DNA from: the human T2T-CHM13v2.0 reference genome, Homo sapiens
Direction: 5' to 3' (one strand)
Assembly (NCBI RefSeq): GCF_009914755.1
Contig: NC_060940.1
DNA length: 64,000 nt
Part shown: one piece after another, positions 43,501 to 59,900 of the stretch
How the letters are laid out: each line of letters opens with the position of its first letter
How positions within the stretch are numbered: position 1 is the stretch's first letter
Program-made: the position numbers and the translations under genes
Notes under the pieces: model-generated
Told to the model about the DNA's origin: nothing
Database searches by the model: none
What the model saw: the letters and a program-made list of their open reading frames with translations, nothing else

Positions 43501-44801
43501 TCGGCGATGATTCCATATGAGTCAATTCAATGATGATTCCATATGGGTCCGTTCGATGATAATTCCACTTGATTTCATTCGATGCTTCTATTCTATTCCA
43601 GTCGATGATGATTCCGTTGGAGTCCATACGATGATTCCATTTGATTTCATTTGATGATGATTCCATTCGATGATGATTACATTGGATTCCATTCTATGAT
43701 TCCATTCAATTCCATTCGTTGATGATTCGATTCCATTCAATGATGATTCCTTTTGAGTTCATTCGATGATTCTATTCGATTCCGTTCGATGGTGATTCAA
43801 TTCTATTATATTGGATGATTCCACTCGATTCCATTTGATGATTATTCCATTGGAGTCCACTTAGTGAATCCTTTAGATTCTACTCGACGATGATTCCATT
43901 CGAGTCCATTCGATGATACCATTCAATTCCATTCGTTGATGCTTCCATTCAAGTGCATTCGATGATATCATTCGATTCCATTTGATGATAATTCCATTTG
44001 ATTCCATGCGATGATTCTATTCGATTCCATTCAATGATAATTCCATTCAATTCAGTGATTCCTCTGGACTCCATTTGATGATGATTCCATTCAATGATTC
44101 CATTCGATTCTATTCGAAAATGATTCCATTTGAATCCATTTGATGATGATTCCATTAGATTCCATTTGATGATTCCATTCGATTCCATTCGACGATGATT
44201 CCATTCGATTCCGTTTGATGATTCCATTCTATTCTATTCGATGATGATTCCATTCGATTCCATTCGATGATGATTGGATTCGATTCCATTTGATGATTTC
44301 ATTTGATTCCATTCGTTAATGATTTCGATCAATTCCATTCGATGATTCCATTCGATTCCATTCGATAATGATTACATCCGAGTCCATTCGATGATTCCCT
44401 TTGAGCCTGTTCGATAATTCCATTTGAGTCCAACCAATGATTCCATTCATTTCCATTCAATGATTCCATTCGAGTCCATTTGATCATTCCGGTAGGGTCC
44501 ATTCGATGTTGATTCCATTGGAGTGCATTCGATGATTCCATTCGAGTCCATTTTAGGATTTGATTCGAGTCCTTTCGATGATTCCATTCGATTCCACTCG
44601 ATGATGATTTCATTCGAGTCCATTCGACACTTCCAATCGATTCCATTTGATGATTCCATTCGAGTCCAATTGATGATTCCATTCAATTCCATTCGATGAT
44701 GATTCCGTACGATTCCATTCTGTGATGATTCCATGTGATTGCATTCAATGATGATTCCTTTCGATTGCATTCGATTATGATTCATTTCGTGTTCATTCTA
44801 T
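40501..44801 (+). repeat. Deleted HSat2 unit 8, 4301 bp
   Basis: 6102 -49 (~42725) -1752 (~42986) = 4301. Confidence 0.93.
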
Positions 44802-47800
44802 GGTTCCACAGGTTTCCATTCGTGTCCATTCCATTATTCCATTCTATTCCATTTGATGATGATTCCATTCGATTCCATTCATTGGTGATTCCACTCAATT
44901 CCATTCAATGATTCCATTCCATTTCTTTCAACAATGATTCCATTACTTTCTAATCGATGATCCACTTGATTCCATTTGACGACGATTCCATTCTTGTCCA
45001 TTCGATGATTCCATTTGATTCCATATGATGATGATTCCATTCGATTCCATACCATGATGATTCCATTCGAGTCCATTCAATGGTGATTCCATTCAATTCC
45101 ATTCGATGATTCCTTTCGATTCCGTTCGATGATGATGGCATTCGATTCCTTTCAATCATTCCCTTTGATTCCATTCCAAGGTGATTTCATTCAAGTCCAT
45201 TCGATAATTGCATTCGATTCCATTCTATGATGATTCCATTCGAGTCCATTTGATGATTCCATTCAATTCAAGTCAATGATGATTCCATTCGATTCCATTC
45301 GATGATTCCATTGGATTCCATTCGATGATGATTCCATTCAAATCCATTCGATAATTCAATTCAAGTCCATTCGATGATGATTCCAATCGAATCCATTCAA
45401 AGATTCCATTCAGTTCCATTCGATGATTCCCTTAGATTCCATTCGATGATTCCACTTGATTGCATTTACGATGATTCCATTCGATTCCATGTGATGATTC
45501 CATTCAATTCTATTCAATGATGTCTCCATTTGATTCCATTCGACCATGATTGCCTTTGATTCCATTCAATGATTCCATTCGGTTCCGTTTGATGATGATT
45601 CCGTTCGATTCCATTTGATGATTCCATTTGATTCCATTGGATGAGTCCATTCGATTACATTCGATGATTATTCCATTCGAGTGCATTAGATGATTCCATT
45701 CGAGTCCATTCGATGATTCCATTCGATTCCATTCGATGTTGATTCTGTTCAAATCCATTCGATGATTCCACTCGATTCCATTCGTTGACTCCATTTGATC
45801 CCATTCGATGATTTCCTTTGATTCCCTTTGATGATCATTCCATTTGATTCAATTCGGTGATTTCATTTGATTCCATTCAGTGATGTTTCCATTCGACTCC
45901 ATTCGATGATGATTCCATTCGACTCCATTCGATTATGATTTCATTCAATTCCATTCGATAATGATTCCCTTCGAGTCCATTCGATGATTCCATTCGATTC
46001 CATTCAACAATGATTTGATTCGTGTCCATTCGATGATTCCATTTGATTCCACATGATGATGATTCCATTCGAGTCCATTTGATGATTCCATTCAATTCCA
46101 TACTCCGATGATTTCTTTTGAGCCCACTCAATGCTTCCACTCGATTCCATATGATGATGACTCCATTCGATGAAATTCGATGATGATTCCATTCGCTTGC
46201 TTTCGATGATGATTCCACTTGAGTCCGTTAGAAGATTCTATTCAATTACATTCCATGACGATTCCGTTCGAGTCCATTTGATGATTCCATTAGACTCCAT
46301 TCGACGATGATTCCATTCGATGTTATTCGATGATTCCATTCGATCTCATTCGATGATGATTCCATTCAACTCCATTCGATGTTTCCATTCGAGTTCATTC
46401 TATTATTCCATTAGATTCCATTCGATGATGATTCCATTCGATTCCATTTGATGATTGCATTCTATTTCATTTGATGATGATTCCATTCGAGTCCACTCGA
46501 TGATTCCATTCGAGTCCATTTAATGAATCCATTGGTTTCAATTCTATGATGATTACATTGGATTCCATTCGTTGATGATTTCATTCGGTTCCATTCAAGG
46601 ATGATTCCATTCAATTCCTTTCAATGTTTCCATTCAATTCCATACGATGATGATTCCATTTGATTTGATTCGACAGTGAGCCATTCGATTCAATTCCATG
46701 ATGATTCTATTTGATTCAATTGGTTGACATTTCCATTCGATTCCATTCGATGATGATTCCCTTTGATTCCGTTCAAAGATGATTCCATTCTAGCCCATTC
46801 AATCATTCCATTCGATTCTATTCAATGATGATTCCATTCATGTCGATTTGGTGATTCCATTTGACTTCATTTGATGATGATTCCTTTCAAGTTCATTAGA
46901 TGATTCCATTCGATTCCATTTGATGATGATCCCATTCGAGTCCATTCAGTGATTCCATTCGTTTCCATTCCATGATGATTCCATTCCTTTCCATTCAATG
47001 ATTCCATTCGATTCCGTTTGATGATGATTTCATTCGAGTCCATTTGATGATTCCATTTGATTCCATTCGATGATGATTCCATTCGAGTCCATTCGATGAT
47101 TCTATTCGAATCCATTTGATGATTTCTTTTGATTATATTTGGTGATGATTCCATTGGAGTCCATTCAATGATTCCATTCGATTCCAATCGATGATGATTC
47201 CATTAGAGTCCATTTAATGATTCCATTTGATTCCAGTCTCTGATGATTACATTCGAGTCCATACGATGATTCCACTCAATTCCATATGATGATGATTCCA
47301 TTTGATTCCATTCGGTGATTCCATTCTATTCTATTCAATGGTGATTCCATTCGAGTACATTAGATGATTCCATTCGATTCCATTCAATGATGATTCTATT
47401 TGTGTCCCTTAGATGATTCCACATGATTCCATTACATGATGATACTATTTGAGCCCATCCAATGATTCCCTTCGATTCCATTCGATGAGGATTCCATTCG
47501 ATTCAGTTCATTGGTGATTCTATTCAATTCAATTCTTTGATTCCATTCCATTCCATTCGACAATGATTCCATTCGATTTCTTTCGATGATTCCACTCGAT
47601 TCCACTTGACATTGATTCCCTTCGATTCCATTCAATGATTCCATTTGATTCCAGTGGATGATGATTGCCATCGATTCCATTCGATCACTCCATTCTATTC
47701 CATTTGATGATGATTACATTCGATTCCATTTGACGATTCCATCTGATTCTATTCGAGGATTCCATTTGATTCCATTCGATGATGATTCCATTCGAGTCCA

Positions 47801-50800
47801 TTCGATGATTTCATTCGAGTACATCCAATGATTCCATTCGAGTCCATTAGATGATTCCATTTGATTCCATTTGAAAATGATTCTACTAGAGTCCATTCAA
47901 TGACTCCATTCGAGTCCATTCAACAATTCCATTCGACTCCATTCGATGATTCCATTCGATTCCATTTGATGGTTCCATTCGATTCCATTTAATCATTACA
48001 GTCGAGTCCATTTGGTGATTCCACTGGATTTCTTTTGATAATGATACCATTCAATTACATTTGATGATGATCCCATTCAATTTCATTTGATGATGATTCC
48101 ATTAGAGTCCATTCGATGATTTCATTCGAGTCCCTTCATTGATTCCATCCGATTTCATTGGATGATGACTCCATTCGAGTCCATTCGATGATTCCACTCG
48201 ATTCCATTAGATGACTCCATTGGAGTCCATTTGATTGTTCCATTCGATTCCATTCGATTCCTTTCGAAGATTATTCCATTTGAGTCCATTCGATGATGAT
48301 TCCATTCCATTCCATTCGATGATTCCGTTTGATTCCATTCGATGATTCCCTTCGATTCCTTTCTTTGATGATTCCATTCCATTCCATTCAATGATTCCAT
48401 TCGAATCTATTCCATGATGATTCCTTTCGATTCCATTCGCTGATGTTTCCGTTCAATTCCATTCGATGATGATTCCATTCGATTCCATTCATTGAGGATT
48501 CCATTTGATTCCATTCAATGATGATTCCATTCTATTCCATTCAATGATTGCATTCAATTCCATTCAATGATTATCCCCTTAGAGTAAACTCAACGATTCC
48601 ATTCAATACCATTCGATGATGATTCCTTTTGAGTCCATTCAATGATTTCATTCAAGTCCATTTGATGATTCCTTTCAATTCCATTCTATGATGATTCCAT
48701 TCGAGTCCATTCGATGATTCCATTCGATTGCATTCGATGATTCCATTATATTCCATTCAACGGTGATTCCATTCGAGTCCATTCCATGATTCCATTAGAG
48801 TACATTTAATGATTGCTTTGTTTTCAATTCGAAGATGATTACATTGGATTCCATTCTATGATACCATTCGATTCCATTCAATGATGATTCCACTCAAATC
48901 CATTGGATGATTCCATTCGTGTCCATTCGGTGATTTCATTAGATTCCATTCGAGGATGATTCCATTCGATTCCATTCGATGATTCCATTCAATTCCATTC
49001 GATGATGATTCCATTCCAGTCCATATGATCATTCCATTTGATTTCATTCGATGATGATTCCATTCGATTCCTTTCGACGATTCCATTCTATTCCATTCGA
49101 TGATGATTCCATTCGAGTCCATTCGATGATTCCATTCGAGTCCATTTAATGATTCCATTGGGTTCAATTCAATGATGATTACATTGGATTCCATTCTCTG
49201 ATTCCATTCAATTCCGTTCAATGACAATTTGATTCCATTCGATGATGATTCCATTTGAGTTCATTCGATGATTCTATTCGATTCTCTTCGATGGTGATTC
49301 AATTCTATTATATTGGATGATTCCATTCGATTCCATTTGATGTTGATTCAATTCGATTCTATTCGATGATGATTCCATTGGATTTCACTTGATGATTCTA
49401 TTCGATTCCATTCAATGATGATTCACTTCTCGTCCATTGGATGATTCCATTTCATTCCATTCGATGATGATTCCATTCGATTCCATTCGATGATTCCATT
49501 TGATTCCATGCGACGGTGAGCAATTCGATTCAATTCCATGATGATTCTATTTGATTCAATTAGATGATGTTTCCATTCGAATCCATTCCATGATTATTCC
49601 ATTGGAATCCATTCGGCGATGATTCCATATGAGTCAATTCAATGATGATTCCATATGGGTCCGTTCGATGATAATTCCATTTGATTTCATTCGATGCTTC
49701 TATTCTATTCCAGTCGATGATGATTCCGTTGGAGTCCATACGATGATTCCATTTGATTTCATTTGATGATGATTCCATTCGATGATGATTACATTGGATT
49801 CCATTCTATGATTCCATTCAATTCCATTCGTTGATGATTCGATTCCATTCAATGATGATTCCATTTGAGTTCATTCGATGATTCTACTCGATTCCGTTCG
49901 ATGGTGATTCAATTCTATTATATTGGATGATTCCACTCGATTCCATTTGATGATTATTGCATTGGAGTCCATTTAGTGAATCCTTTAGATTCTATTCGAC
50001 GATGATTCCATTCGAGTCCATTCGATGATACCATTCAATTCCATTCGTTGATGCTTCCATTCAAGTGCATTCGATGATATCATTCGATTCCATTTGATGA
50101 TAATTCCATTTGATTCCATGCGATGATTCTATTCGATTCCATTCAATGATAATTCCATTCAATTCAGTGATTCCTCTGGACTCCATTTGATGATGATTCC
50201 ATTCAATGATTCCATTCGATTCTATTCGAAAATGATTCCATTTGAATCCATTTGATGATGATTCCATTAGATTCCATTTGATGATTCCATTCGATTCCAT
50301 TCGACGATGATTCCATTCGATTCCGTTTGATGATTCCATTCTATTCTATTCGATGATGATTCCATTCGATTCCATTCGATGATGATTGGATTCGATTCCA
50401 TTTGATGATTTCATTTGATTCCATTCGTTAATGATTTCGATCAATTCCATTCGATGATTCCATTCGCTAATGATTACATCCGAGTCCATTCGATGATTCC
50501 CTTTGAGCCTGTTCGATAATTCCATTTGAGTCCAACCAATGATTCCATTCATTTCCATTCAATGATTCCATTCGAGTCCATTTGATCATTCCGGTAGGGT
50601 CCATTCGATGTTGATTCCATTGGAGTGCATTCGATGATTCCATTCGAGTCCATTTTAGGATTTGATTCGAGTCCTTTCGATGATTCCATTCGATTCCACT
50701 CGATGATGATTTCATTCGAGTCCATTCGACACTTCCAATCGATTCCATTTGATGATTCCATTCGAGTCCAATTGATGATTCCATTCAATTCCATTCGATG

Positions 50801-50903
50801 ATGATTCCGTACGATTCCATTCTGTGATGATTCCATGTGATTGCATTCAATGATGATTCCTTTCGATTGCATTCGATTATGATTCATTTCGTGTTCATTC
50901 TAT
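44802..50903 (+). repeat. HSat2 nested unit 9, 6102 bp
   Basis: 6102 +10 (~47945) -10 (~50465); same length as unit 1 but by a different 10-bp deletion. Confidence 0.93.
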
Positions 50904-53900
50904 GGTTCCACAGGTTTCCATTCGTGTCCATTCCATTATTCCATTCTATTCCATTTGATGATGATTCCATTCGATTCCATTCATTGGTGATTCCACTCAA
51001 TTCCATTCAATGATTCCATTCCATTTCTTTCAACAATGATTCCATTAGTTTCTAATCGATGATCCACTTGATTCCATTTGACGACGATTCCATTCTTGTC
51101 CATTTGATGATTCCATTTGATTCCATATGATGATGATTCCATTCGATTCCATACCATGATGATTCCATTCGAGTCCATTCAATGGTGATTCCATTCAATT
51201 CCATTCGATGATTCCTTTCGATTCCATTCAATGATGATGGCATTCGATTCCTTTTAATCATTCCCTTTGATTCCATTCAAAGGTGATTTCATTCAAGTCC
51301 ATTCGATAATTGCATTCGATTCCATTCTATGATGATTCCATTCGAGTCCATTTGATGATTCCATTCAATTCAAGTCAATGATGATTCCATTCAATTCCAT
51401 TCGATGATTCCATTGGATTCCATTCGATGATGATTCCATTCAAATCCATTCGATAATTCAATTCAAGTCCATTCGATGATGATTCCAATCGAATCCATTC
51501 AAAGATTCCATTCTGTTCCATTCGATGATTCCCTTAGATTCCATTCGATGATTCCACTTGATTGCATTTACGATGATTCCATTCGATTCCATGTGATGAT
51601 TCCATTCAATTCTATTCAATGATGTCTCCATTTGATTCCATTCGACCATGATTGCCTTTGATTCCATTCAATGATTCCATTCGGTTCCGTTTGATGATGA
51701 TTCCGTTCGATTCCATTTGATGATTCCATTTGATTCCATTGGATGAGTCCATTCGATTACATTCGATGATTATTCCATTCGAGTGCATTAGATGATTCCA
51801 TTCGAGTCCATTCGATGATTCCATTCGATTCCATTCGATGTTGATTCTGTTCAAATCCATTCGATGATTCCACTCGATTCCATTCGTTGACTCCATTTGA
51901 TCCCATTCGATGATTTCCTTTGATTCCCTTTGATGATCATTCCATTTGATTCAATTCGGTGATTTCATTTGATTCCATTCAGTGATGTTTCCATTCGACT
52001 CCATTCGATGATGATTCCATTCGACTCCATTCGATTATGATTTCATTCAATTCCATTCGATAATGATTCCCTTCGAGTCCATTCGGTGATTCCATTCGAT
52101 TCCATTCAACTATGATTTGATTCGTGTCCATTCGATGATTCCATTTGATTCCACTTGATGATGATTCCATTCGAGTCCATTTGATGATTCCATTCAATTC
52201 CATACTCCGATGATTTCTTTTGAGCCCACTCAATGCTTCCACTCGATTCCATATGATGATGACTCCATTCGATGAAATTCGATGATGATTCCATTCGCTT
52301 GCTTTCGATGATGATTCCACTTGAGTCCGTTAGAAGATTCTATTCAATTACATTCCATGACGATTCCGTTCGAGTCCATTTGATGATTCCATTAGACTCC
52401 ATTCGACGATGATTCCATTCGATGTTATTCGATGATTCCATTCGATCTCATTCGATGATGATTCCATTCAACTCCATTCGATGTTTCCATTCGAGTTCAT
52501 TCTATTATTCCATTAGATTCCATTCGATGATGATTCCATTCGATTCCATTTGATGATTGCATTCTATTTCATTTGATGATGATTCCATTCGAGTCCACTC
52601 GATGATTCCATTCGAGTCCATTTCATGAATCCATTGGTTTCAATTCTATGATGATTACATTGGATTCCATTCGTTGATGATTTCATTCGGTTCCATTCAA
52701 TGATGATTCCATTCAATTCCTTTCAATGTTTCCATTCAATTCCATACGATGATGATTCCATTTGATTTGATTCGACAGTGAGCCATTCGATTCAATTCCA
52801 TGATGATTCTATTTGATTCAATTGGTTGACATTTCCATTCGATTCCATTCGATGATGATTCCCTTTGATTCCGTTCAAAGATGATTCCATTCTAGCCCAT
52901 TCAATCATTCCATTCGATTCTATTCAATGATGATTCCATTCATGTCGATTTGGTGATTCCATTTGACTTCATTTGATGATGATTCCTTTCAAGTTCATTA
53001 GATGATTCCATTCGATTCCATTTGATGATGATCCCATTCGAGTCCATTCAGTGATTCCATTCGTTTCCATTCCATGATGATTCCATTCCTTTCCATTCAA
53101 TGATTCCATTCGATTCCGTTTGATGATGATTTCATTCGAGTCCATTTGATGATTCCATTTGATTCCATTCGATGATGATTCCATTCGAGTCCATTCGATG
53201 ATTCTATTCGAATCCATTTGATGATTTCTTTTGATTATATTTGGTGATGATTCCATTGGAGTCCATTCAATGATTCCATTCTATTCCAATCGATGATGAT
53301 TCCATTAGAGTCCATTTAATGATTCCATTTGATTCCAGTCTCTGATGATTACATTCGAGTCCATACGATGATTCCACTCAATTCCATATGATGATGATTC
53401 CATTTGATTCCATTCGGTGATTCCATTCTATTCTATTCAATGGTGATTCCATTCGAGTACATTAGATGATTCCATTCGATTCCATTCAATGATGATTCTA
53501 TTTGTGTCCCTTAGATGATTCCACATGATTCCATTAGATGATGATACTATTTGAGCCCATCCAATGATTCCCTTCGATTCCATTCGATGAGGATTCCATT
53601 CGATTCAATTCATTGGTGATTCTATTCAATTCAATTCTTTGATTCCATTCCATTCCATTCGACAATGATTCCATTCGATTTCTTTCGATGATTCCACTCG
53701 ATTCCACTTGACATTGATTCCATTCGATTCCATTCAATGATTCCATTTGATTCCAGTGGATGATGATTGCCATCGATTCCATTCGATCACTCCATTCTAT
53801 TCCATTTGATGATGATTACATTCGATTCCATTTGATGATTCCATCTGATTCTATTCGAGGATTCCATTTGATTCCATTCGATGATGATTCCATTCGAGTC

Positions 53901-56900
53901 CATTCGATGATTTCATTCGAGTACATCCAATGATTCCATTCGAGTCCATTAGATGATTCCATTTGATTCCATTTGAAAATGATTCTACTAGAGTCCATTC
54001 AATGACTCCATTCGAGTCCATTCAACAATTCCATTCGACTCCATTCGATGATTCCATTCGATTCCATTTGATGGTTCCATTCGAGTCCATTTAATCATTA
54101 CAGTCGAGTCCATTTGTTGATTCCACTGGATTTCTTTTGATAATGATACCATTCAATTACATTTGATGATGATCCCATTCAATTTCATTTGATGATGATT
54201 CCATTAGAGTCCATTCGATGATTTCATTCGAGTCCCTTCATTGATTCCATCCGATTTCATTGGATGATGACTCCATTCGAGTCCATTCGATGATTCCACT
54301 CGATTCCATTAGATGACTCCATTGGAGTCCATTTGATTGTTCCATTCGATTCCATTCGATTCCTTTCGAAGATTATTCCATTTGAGTCCATTCGATGATG
54401 ATTCCATTCCATTCCATTCGATGATTCCGTTTGATTCCATTCGATGATTCCCTTCGATTCCTTTCTTTGATGATTCCATTCCATTCCATTCAATGATTCC
54501 ATTCGAATCTATTCCATGATGATTCCTTTCGATTCCATTCGCTGATGTTTCCGTTCAATTCCATTCGATGATGATTCCATTCGATTCCATTCATTGAGGA
54601 TTCCATTTGATTCCATTCAATGATGATTCCATTCTATTCCATTCAATGATTGCATTCAATTCCATTCAATGATTATCCCATTAGAGTAAACTCAACGATT
54701 CCATTCAATACCATTCAATGATGATTCCTTTTGAGTCCATTCAATGATTTCATTCAAGTCCATTTGATGATTCCTTTCAATTCCATTCTATGATGATTCC
54801 ATTCGAGTCCATTCGATGATTCCATTAGAGTACATTTAATGATTGCTTTGTTTTCAATTCGAAGATGATTGCATTGGATTCCATTCTATGATACCATTCG
54901 ATTCCATTCAATGATGATTCCACTCAAATCCATTGGATGATTCCATTCGTGTCCATTCGGTGATTTCATTAGATTCCATTCGAGGATGATTCCATTCGAT
55001 TCCATTCGATGATTCCATTCAATTCCATTCGATGATGATTCCATTCCAGTCCATATGATCATTCCATTTGATTTCATTCGATGATGATTCCATTCGATTC
55101 CTTTCGACGATTCCATTCTATTCCATTCGATGATGATTCCATTCGAGTCCATTCGATGATTCCATTCGAGTCCATTTAATGATTCCATTGGGTTCAATTC
55201 AATGATGATTACATTGGATTCCATTCTCTGATTCCATTCAATTCCGTTCAATGACAATTTGATTCCATTCGATGATGATTCCATTTGAGTTCATTCGATG
55301 ATTCTATTCGATTCTCTTCGATGGTGATTCAATTCTATTATATTGGATGATTCCATTCGATTCCATTTGATGTTGATTCAATTCGATTCTATTCGATGAT
55401 GATTCCATTGGATTTCACTTGATGATTCTATTCGATTCCATTCAATGATGATTCACTTCTCGTCCATTGGATGATTCCATTTCATTCCATTCGATGATGA
55501 TTCCATTCGATTCCATTCGATGATTCCATTTGATTCCATGCGACGGTGAGCAATTCGATTCAATTCCATGATGATTCTATTTGATTCAATTAGATGATGT
55601 TTCCATTCGAATCCATTCCATGATTATTCCATTGGAATCCATTCGGCGATGATTCCATATGAGTCAATTCAATGATGATTCCATATGGGTCCGTTCGATG
55701 ATAATTCCATTTGATTTCATTCGATGCTTCTATTCTATTCCAGTCGATGATGATTCCGTTGGAGTCCATACGATGATTCCATTTGATTTCATTTGATGAT
55801 GATTCCATTCGATGATGATTACATTGGATTCCATTCTATGATTCCATTCAATTCCATTCGTTGATGATTCGATTCCATTCAATGATGATTCCATTTGAGT
55901 TCATTCGATGATTCTACTCGATTCCGTTCGATGGTGATTCAATTCTATTATATTGGATGATTCCACTCGATTCCATTTGATGATTATTGCATTGGAGTCC
56001 ATTTAGTGAATCCTTTAGATTCTATTCGACGATGATTCCATTCGAGTCCATTCGATGATACCATTCAATTCCATTCGTTGATGCTTCCATTCAAGTGCAT
56101 TCGATGATATCATTCGATTCCATTTGATGATAATTCCATTTGATTCCATGCGATGATTCTATTCGATTCCATTCAATGATAATTCCATTCAATTCAGTGA
56201 TTCCTCTGGACTCCATTTGATGATGATTCCATTCAATGATTCCATTCGATTCTATTCGAAAATGATTCCATTTGAATCCATTTGATGATGATTCCATTAG
56301 ATTCCATTTGATGATTCCATTCGATTCCATTCGACGATGATTCCATTCGATTCCGTTTGATGATTCCATTCTATTCTATTCGATGATGATTCCATTCGAT
56401 TCCATTCGATGATGATTGGATTCGATTCCATTTGATGATTTCATTTGATTCCATTCGTTAATGATTTCGATCAATTCCATTCGATGATTCCATTCGATAA
56501 TGATTACATCCGAGTCCATTCGATGATTCCCTTTGAGCCTGTTCGATAATTCCATTTGAGTCCAACCAATGATTCCATTCATTTCCATTCAATGATTCCA
56601 TTCGAGTCCATTTGATCATTCCGGTAGGGTCCATTCGATGTTGATTCCATTGGAGTGCATTCGATGATTCCATTCGAGTCCATTTTAGGATTTGATTCGA
56701 GTCCTTTCGATGATTCCATTCGATTCCACTCGATGATGATTTCATTCGAGTCCATTCGACACTTCCAATCGATTCCATTTGATGATTCCATTCGAGTCCA
56801 ATTGATGATTCCATTCAATTCCATTCGATGATGATTCCGTACGATTCCATTCTGTGATGATTCCATGTGATTGCATTCAATGATGATTCCTTTCGATTGC

Positions 56901-56933
56901 ATTCGATTATGATTCATTTCGTGTTCATTCTAT
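50904..56933 (+). repeat. HSat2 nested unit 10, 6030 bp
   Basis: 6102 +10 -72 (~54810) -10 (~56495) = 6030. Confidence 0.93.
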
Positions 56934-59900
56934 GGTTCCACAGGTTTCCATTCGTGTCCATTCCATTATTCCATTCTATTCCATTTGATGATGATTCCAT
57001 TCGATTCCATTCATTGGTGATTCCACTCAATTCCATTCAATGATTCCATTCCATTTCTTTCAACAATGATTCCATTAGTTTCTAATCGATGATCCACTTG
57101 ATTCCATTTGACGACGATTCCATTCTTGTCCATTCGATGATTCCATTTGATTCCATATGATGATGATTCCATTCGATTCCATACCATGATGATTCCATTC
57201 GAGTCCATTCAATGGTGATTCCATTCAATTCCATTCGATGATTCCTTTCGATTCCATTCAATGATGATGGCATTCGATTCCTTTCAATCATTCCCTTTGA
57301 TTCCATTCCAAGGTGATTTCATTCAAGTCCATTCGATAATTGCATTCGATTCCATTCTATGATGATTCCATTCGAGTCCATTTGATGATTCCATTCAATT
57401 CAAGTCAATGATGATTCCATTCGATTCCATTCGATGATTCCATTGGATTCCATTCGATGATGATTCCATTCAAATCCATTCGATAATTCAATTCAAGTCC
57501 ATTCGATGATGATTCCAATCGAATCCATTCAAAGATTCCATTCTGTTCCATTCGATGATTCCCTTAGATTCCATTCGATGATTCCACTTGATTGCATTTA
57601 CGATGATTCCATTCGATTCCATGTGATGATTCCATTCAATTCTATTCAATGATGTCTCCATTTGATTCCATTCGACCATGATTGCCTTTGATTCCATTCA
57701 ATGATTCCATTCGGTTCCGTTTGATGATGATTCCGTTCGATTCCATTTGATGATTCCATTTGATTCCATTGGATGAGTCCATTCGATTACATTCGATGAT
57801 TATTCCATTCGAGTGCATTAGATGATTCCATTCGAGTCCATTCGATGATTCCATTCGATTCCATTCGATGTTGATTCTGTTCAAATCCATTCGATGATTC
57901 CACTCGATTCCATTCGTTGACTCCATTTGATCCCATTCGATGATTTCCTTTGATTCCCTTTGATGATCATTCCATTTGATTCAATTCGGTGATTTCATTT
58001 GATTCCATTCAGTGATGTTTCCATTCGACTCCATTCGATGATGATTCCATTCGACTCCATTCGATTATGATTTCATTCAATTCCATTCGATAATGATTCC
58101 CTTCGAGTCCATTCGGTGATTCCATTCGATTCCATTCAACTATGATTTGATTCGTGTCCATTCGATGATTCCATTTGATTCCACTTGATGATGATTCCAT
58201 TCGAGTCCATTTGATGATTCCATTCAATTCCATACTCCGATGATTTCTTTTGAGCCCACTCAATGCTTCCACTCGATTCCATATGATGATGACTCCATTC
58301 GATGAAATTCGATGATGATTCCATTCGCTTGCTTTCGATGATGATTCCACTTGAGTCCGTTAGAAGATTCTATTCAATTACATTCCATGACGATTCCGTT
58401 CGAGTCCATTTGATGATTCCATTAGACTCCATTCGACGATGATTCCATTCGATGTTATTCGATGATTCCATTCGATCTCATTCGATGATGATTCCATTCA
58501 ACTCCATTCGATGTTTCCATTCGAGTTCATTCTATTATTCCATTAGATTCCATTCGATGATGATTCCATTCGATTCCATTTGATGATTGCATTCTATTTC
58601 ATTTGATGATGATTCCATTCGAGTCCACTCGATGATTCCATTCGAGTCCATTTAATGAATCCATTGGTTTCAATTCTATGATGATTACATTGGATTCCAT
58701 TCGTTGATGATTTCATTCGGTTCCATTCAATGATGATTCCATTCAATTCCTTTCAATGTTTCCATTCAATTCCATACGATGATGATTCCATTTGATTTGA
58801 TTCGACAGTGAGCCATTCGATTCAATTCCATGATGATTCTATTTGATTCAATTGGTTGACATTTCCATTCGATTCCATTCGATGATGATTCCCTTTGATT
58901 CCGTTCAAAGATGATTCCATTCTAGCCCATTCAATCATTCCATTCGATTCTATTCAATGATGATTCCATTCATGTCGATTTGGTGATTCCATTTGACTTC
59001 ATTTGATGATGATTCCTTTCAAGTTCATTAGATGATTCCATTCGATTCCATTTGATGATGATCCCATTCGAGTCCATTCAGTGATTCCATTCGTTTCCAT
59101 TCCATGATGATTCCATTCCTTTCCATTCAATGATTCCATTCGATTCCGTTTGATGATGATTTCATTCGAGTCCATTTGATGATTCCATTTGATTCCATTC
59201 GATGATGATTCCATTCGAGTCCATTCGATGATTCTATTCGAATCCATTTGATGATTTCTTTTGATTATATTTGGTGATGATTCCATTGGAGTCCATTCAA
59301 TGATTCCATTCTATTCCAATCGATGATGATTCCATTAGAGTCCATTTAATGATTCCATTTGATTCCAGTCTCTGATGATTACATTCGAGTCCATACGATG
59401 ATTCCACTCAATTCCATATGATGATGATTCCATTTGATTCCATTCGGTGATTCCATTCTATTCTATTCAATGGTGATTCCATTCGAGTACATTAGATGAT
59501 TCCATTCGATTCCATTCAATGATGATTCTATTTGTGTCCCTTAGATGATTCCACATGATTCCATTACATGATGATACTATTTGAGCCCATCCAATGATTC
59601 CCTTCGATTCCATTCGATGAGGATTCCATTCGATTCAATTCATTGGTGATTCTATTCAATTCAATTCTTTGATTCCATTCCATTCCATTCGACAATGATT
59701 CCATTCGATTTCTTTCGATGATTCCACTCGATTCCACTTGACATTGATTCCATTCGATTCCATTCAATGATTCCATTTGATTCCAGTGGATGATGATTGC
59801 CATCGATTCCATTCGATCACTCCATTCTATTCCATTTGATGATGATTACATTCGATTCCATTTGATGATTCCATCTGATTCTATTCGAGGATTCCATTTG

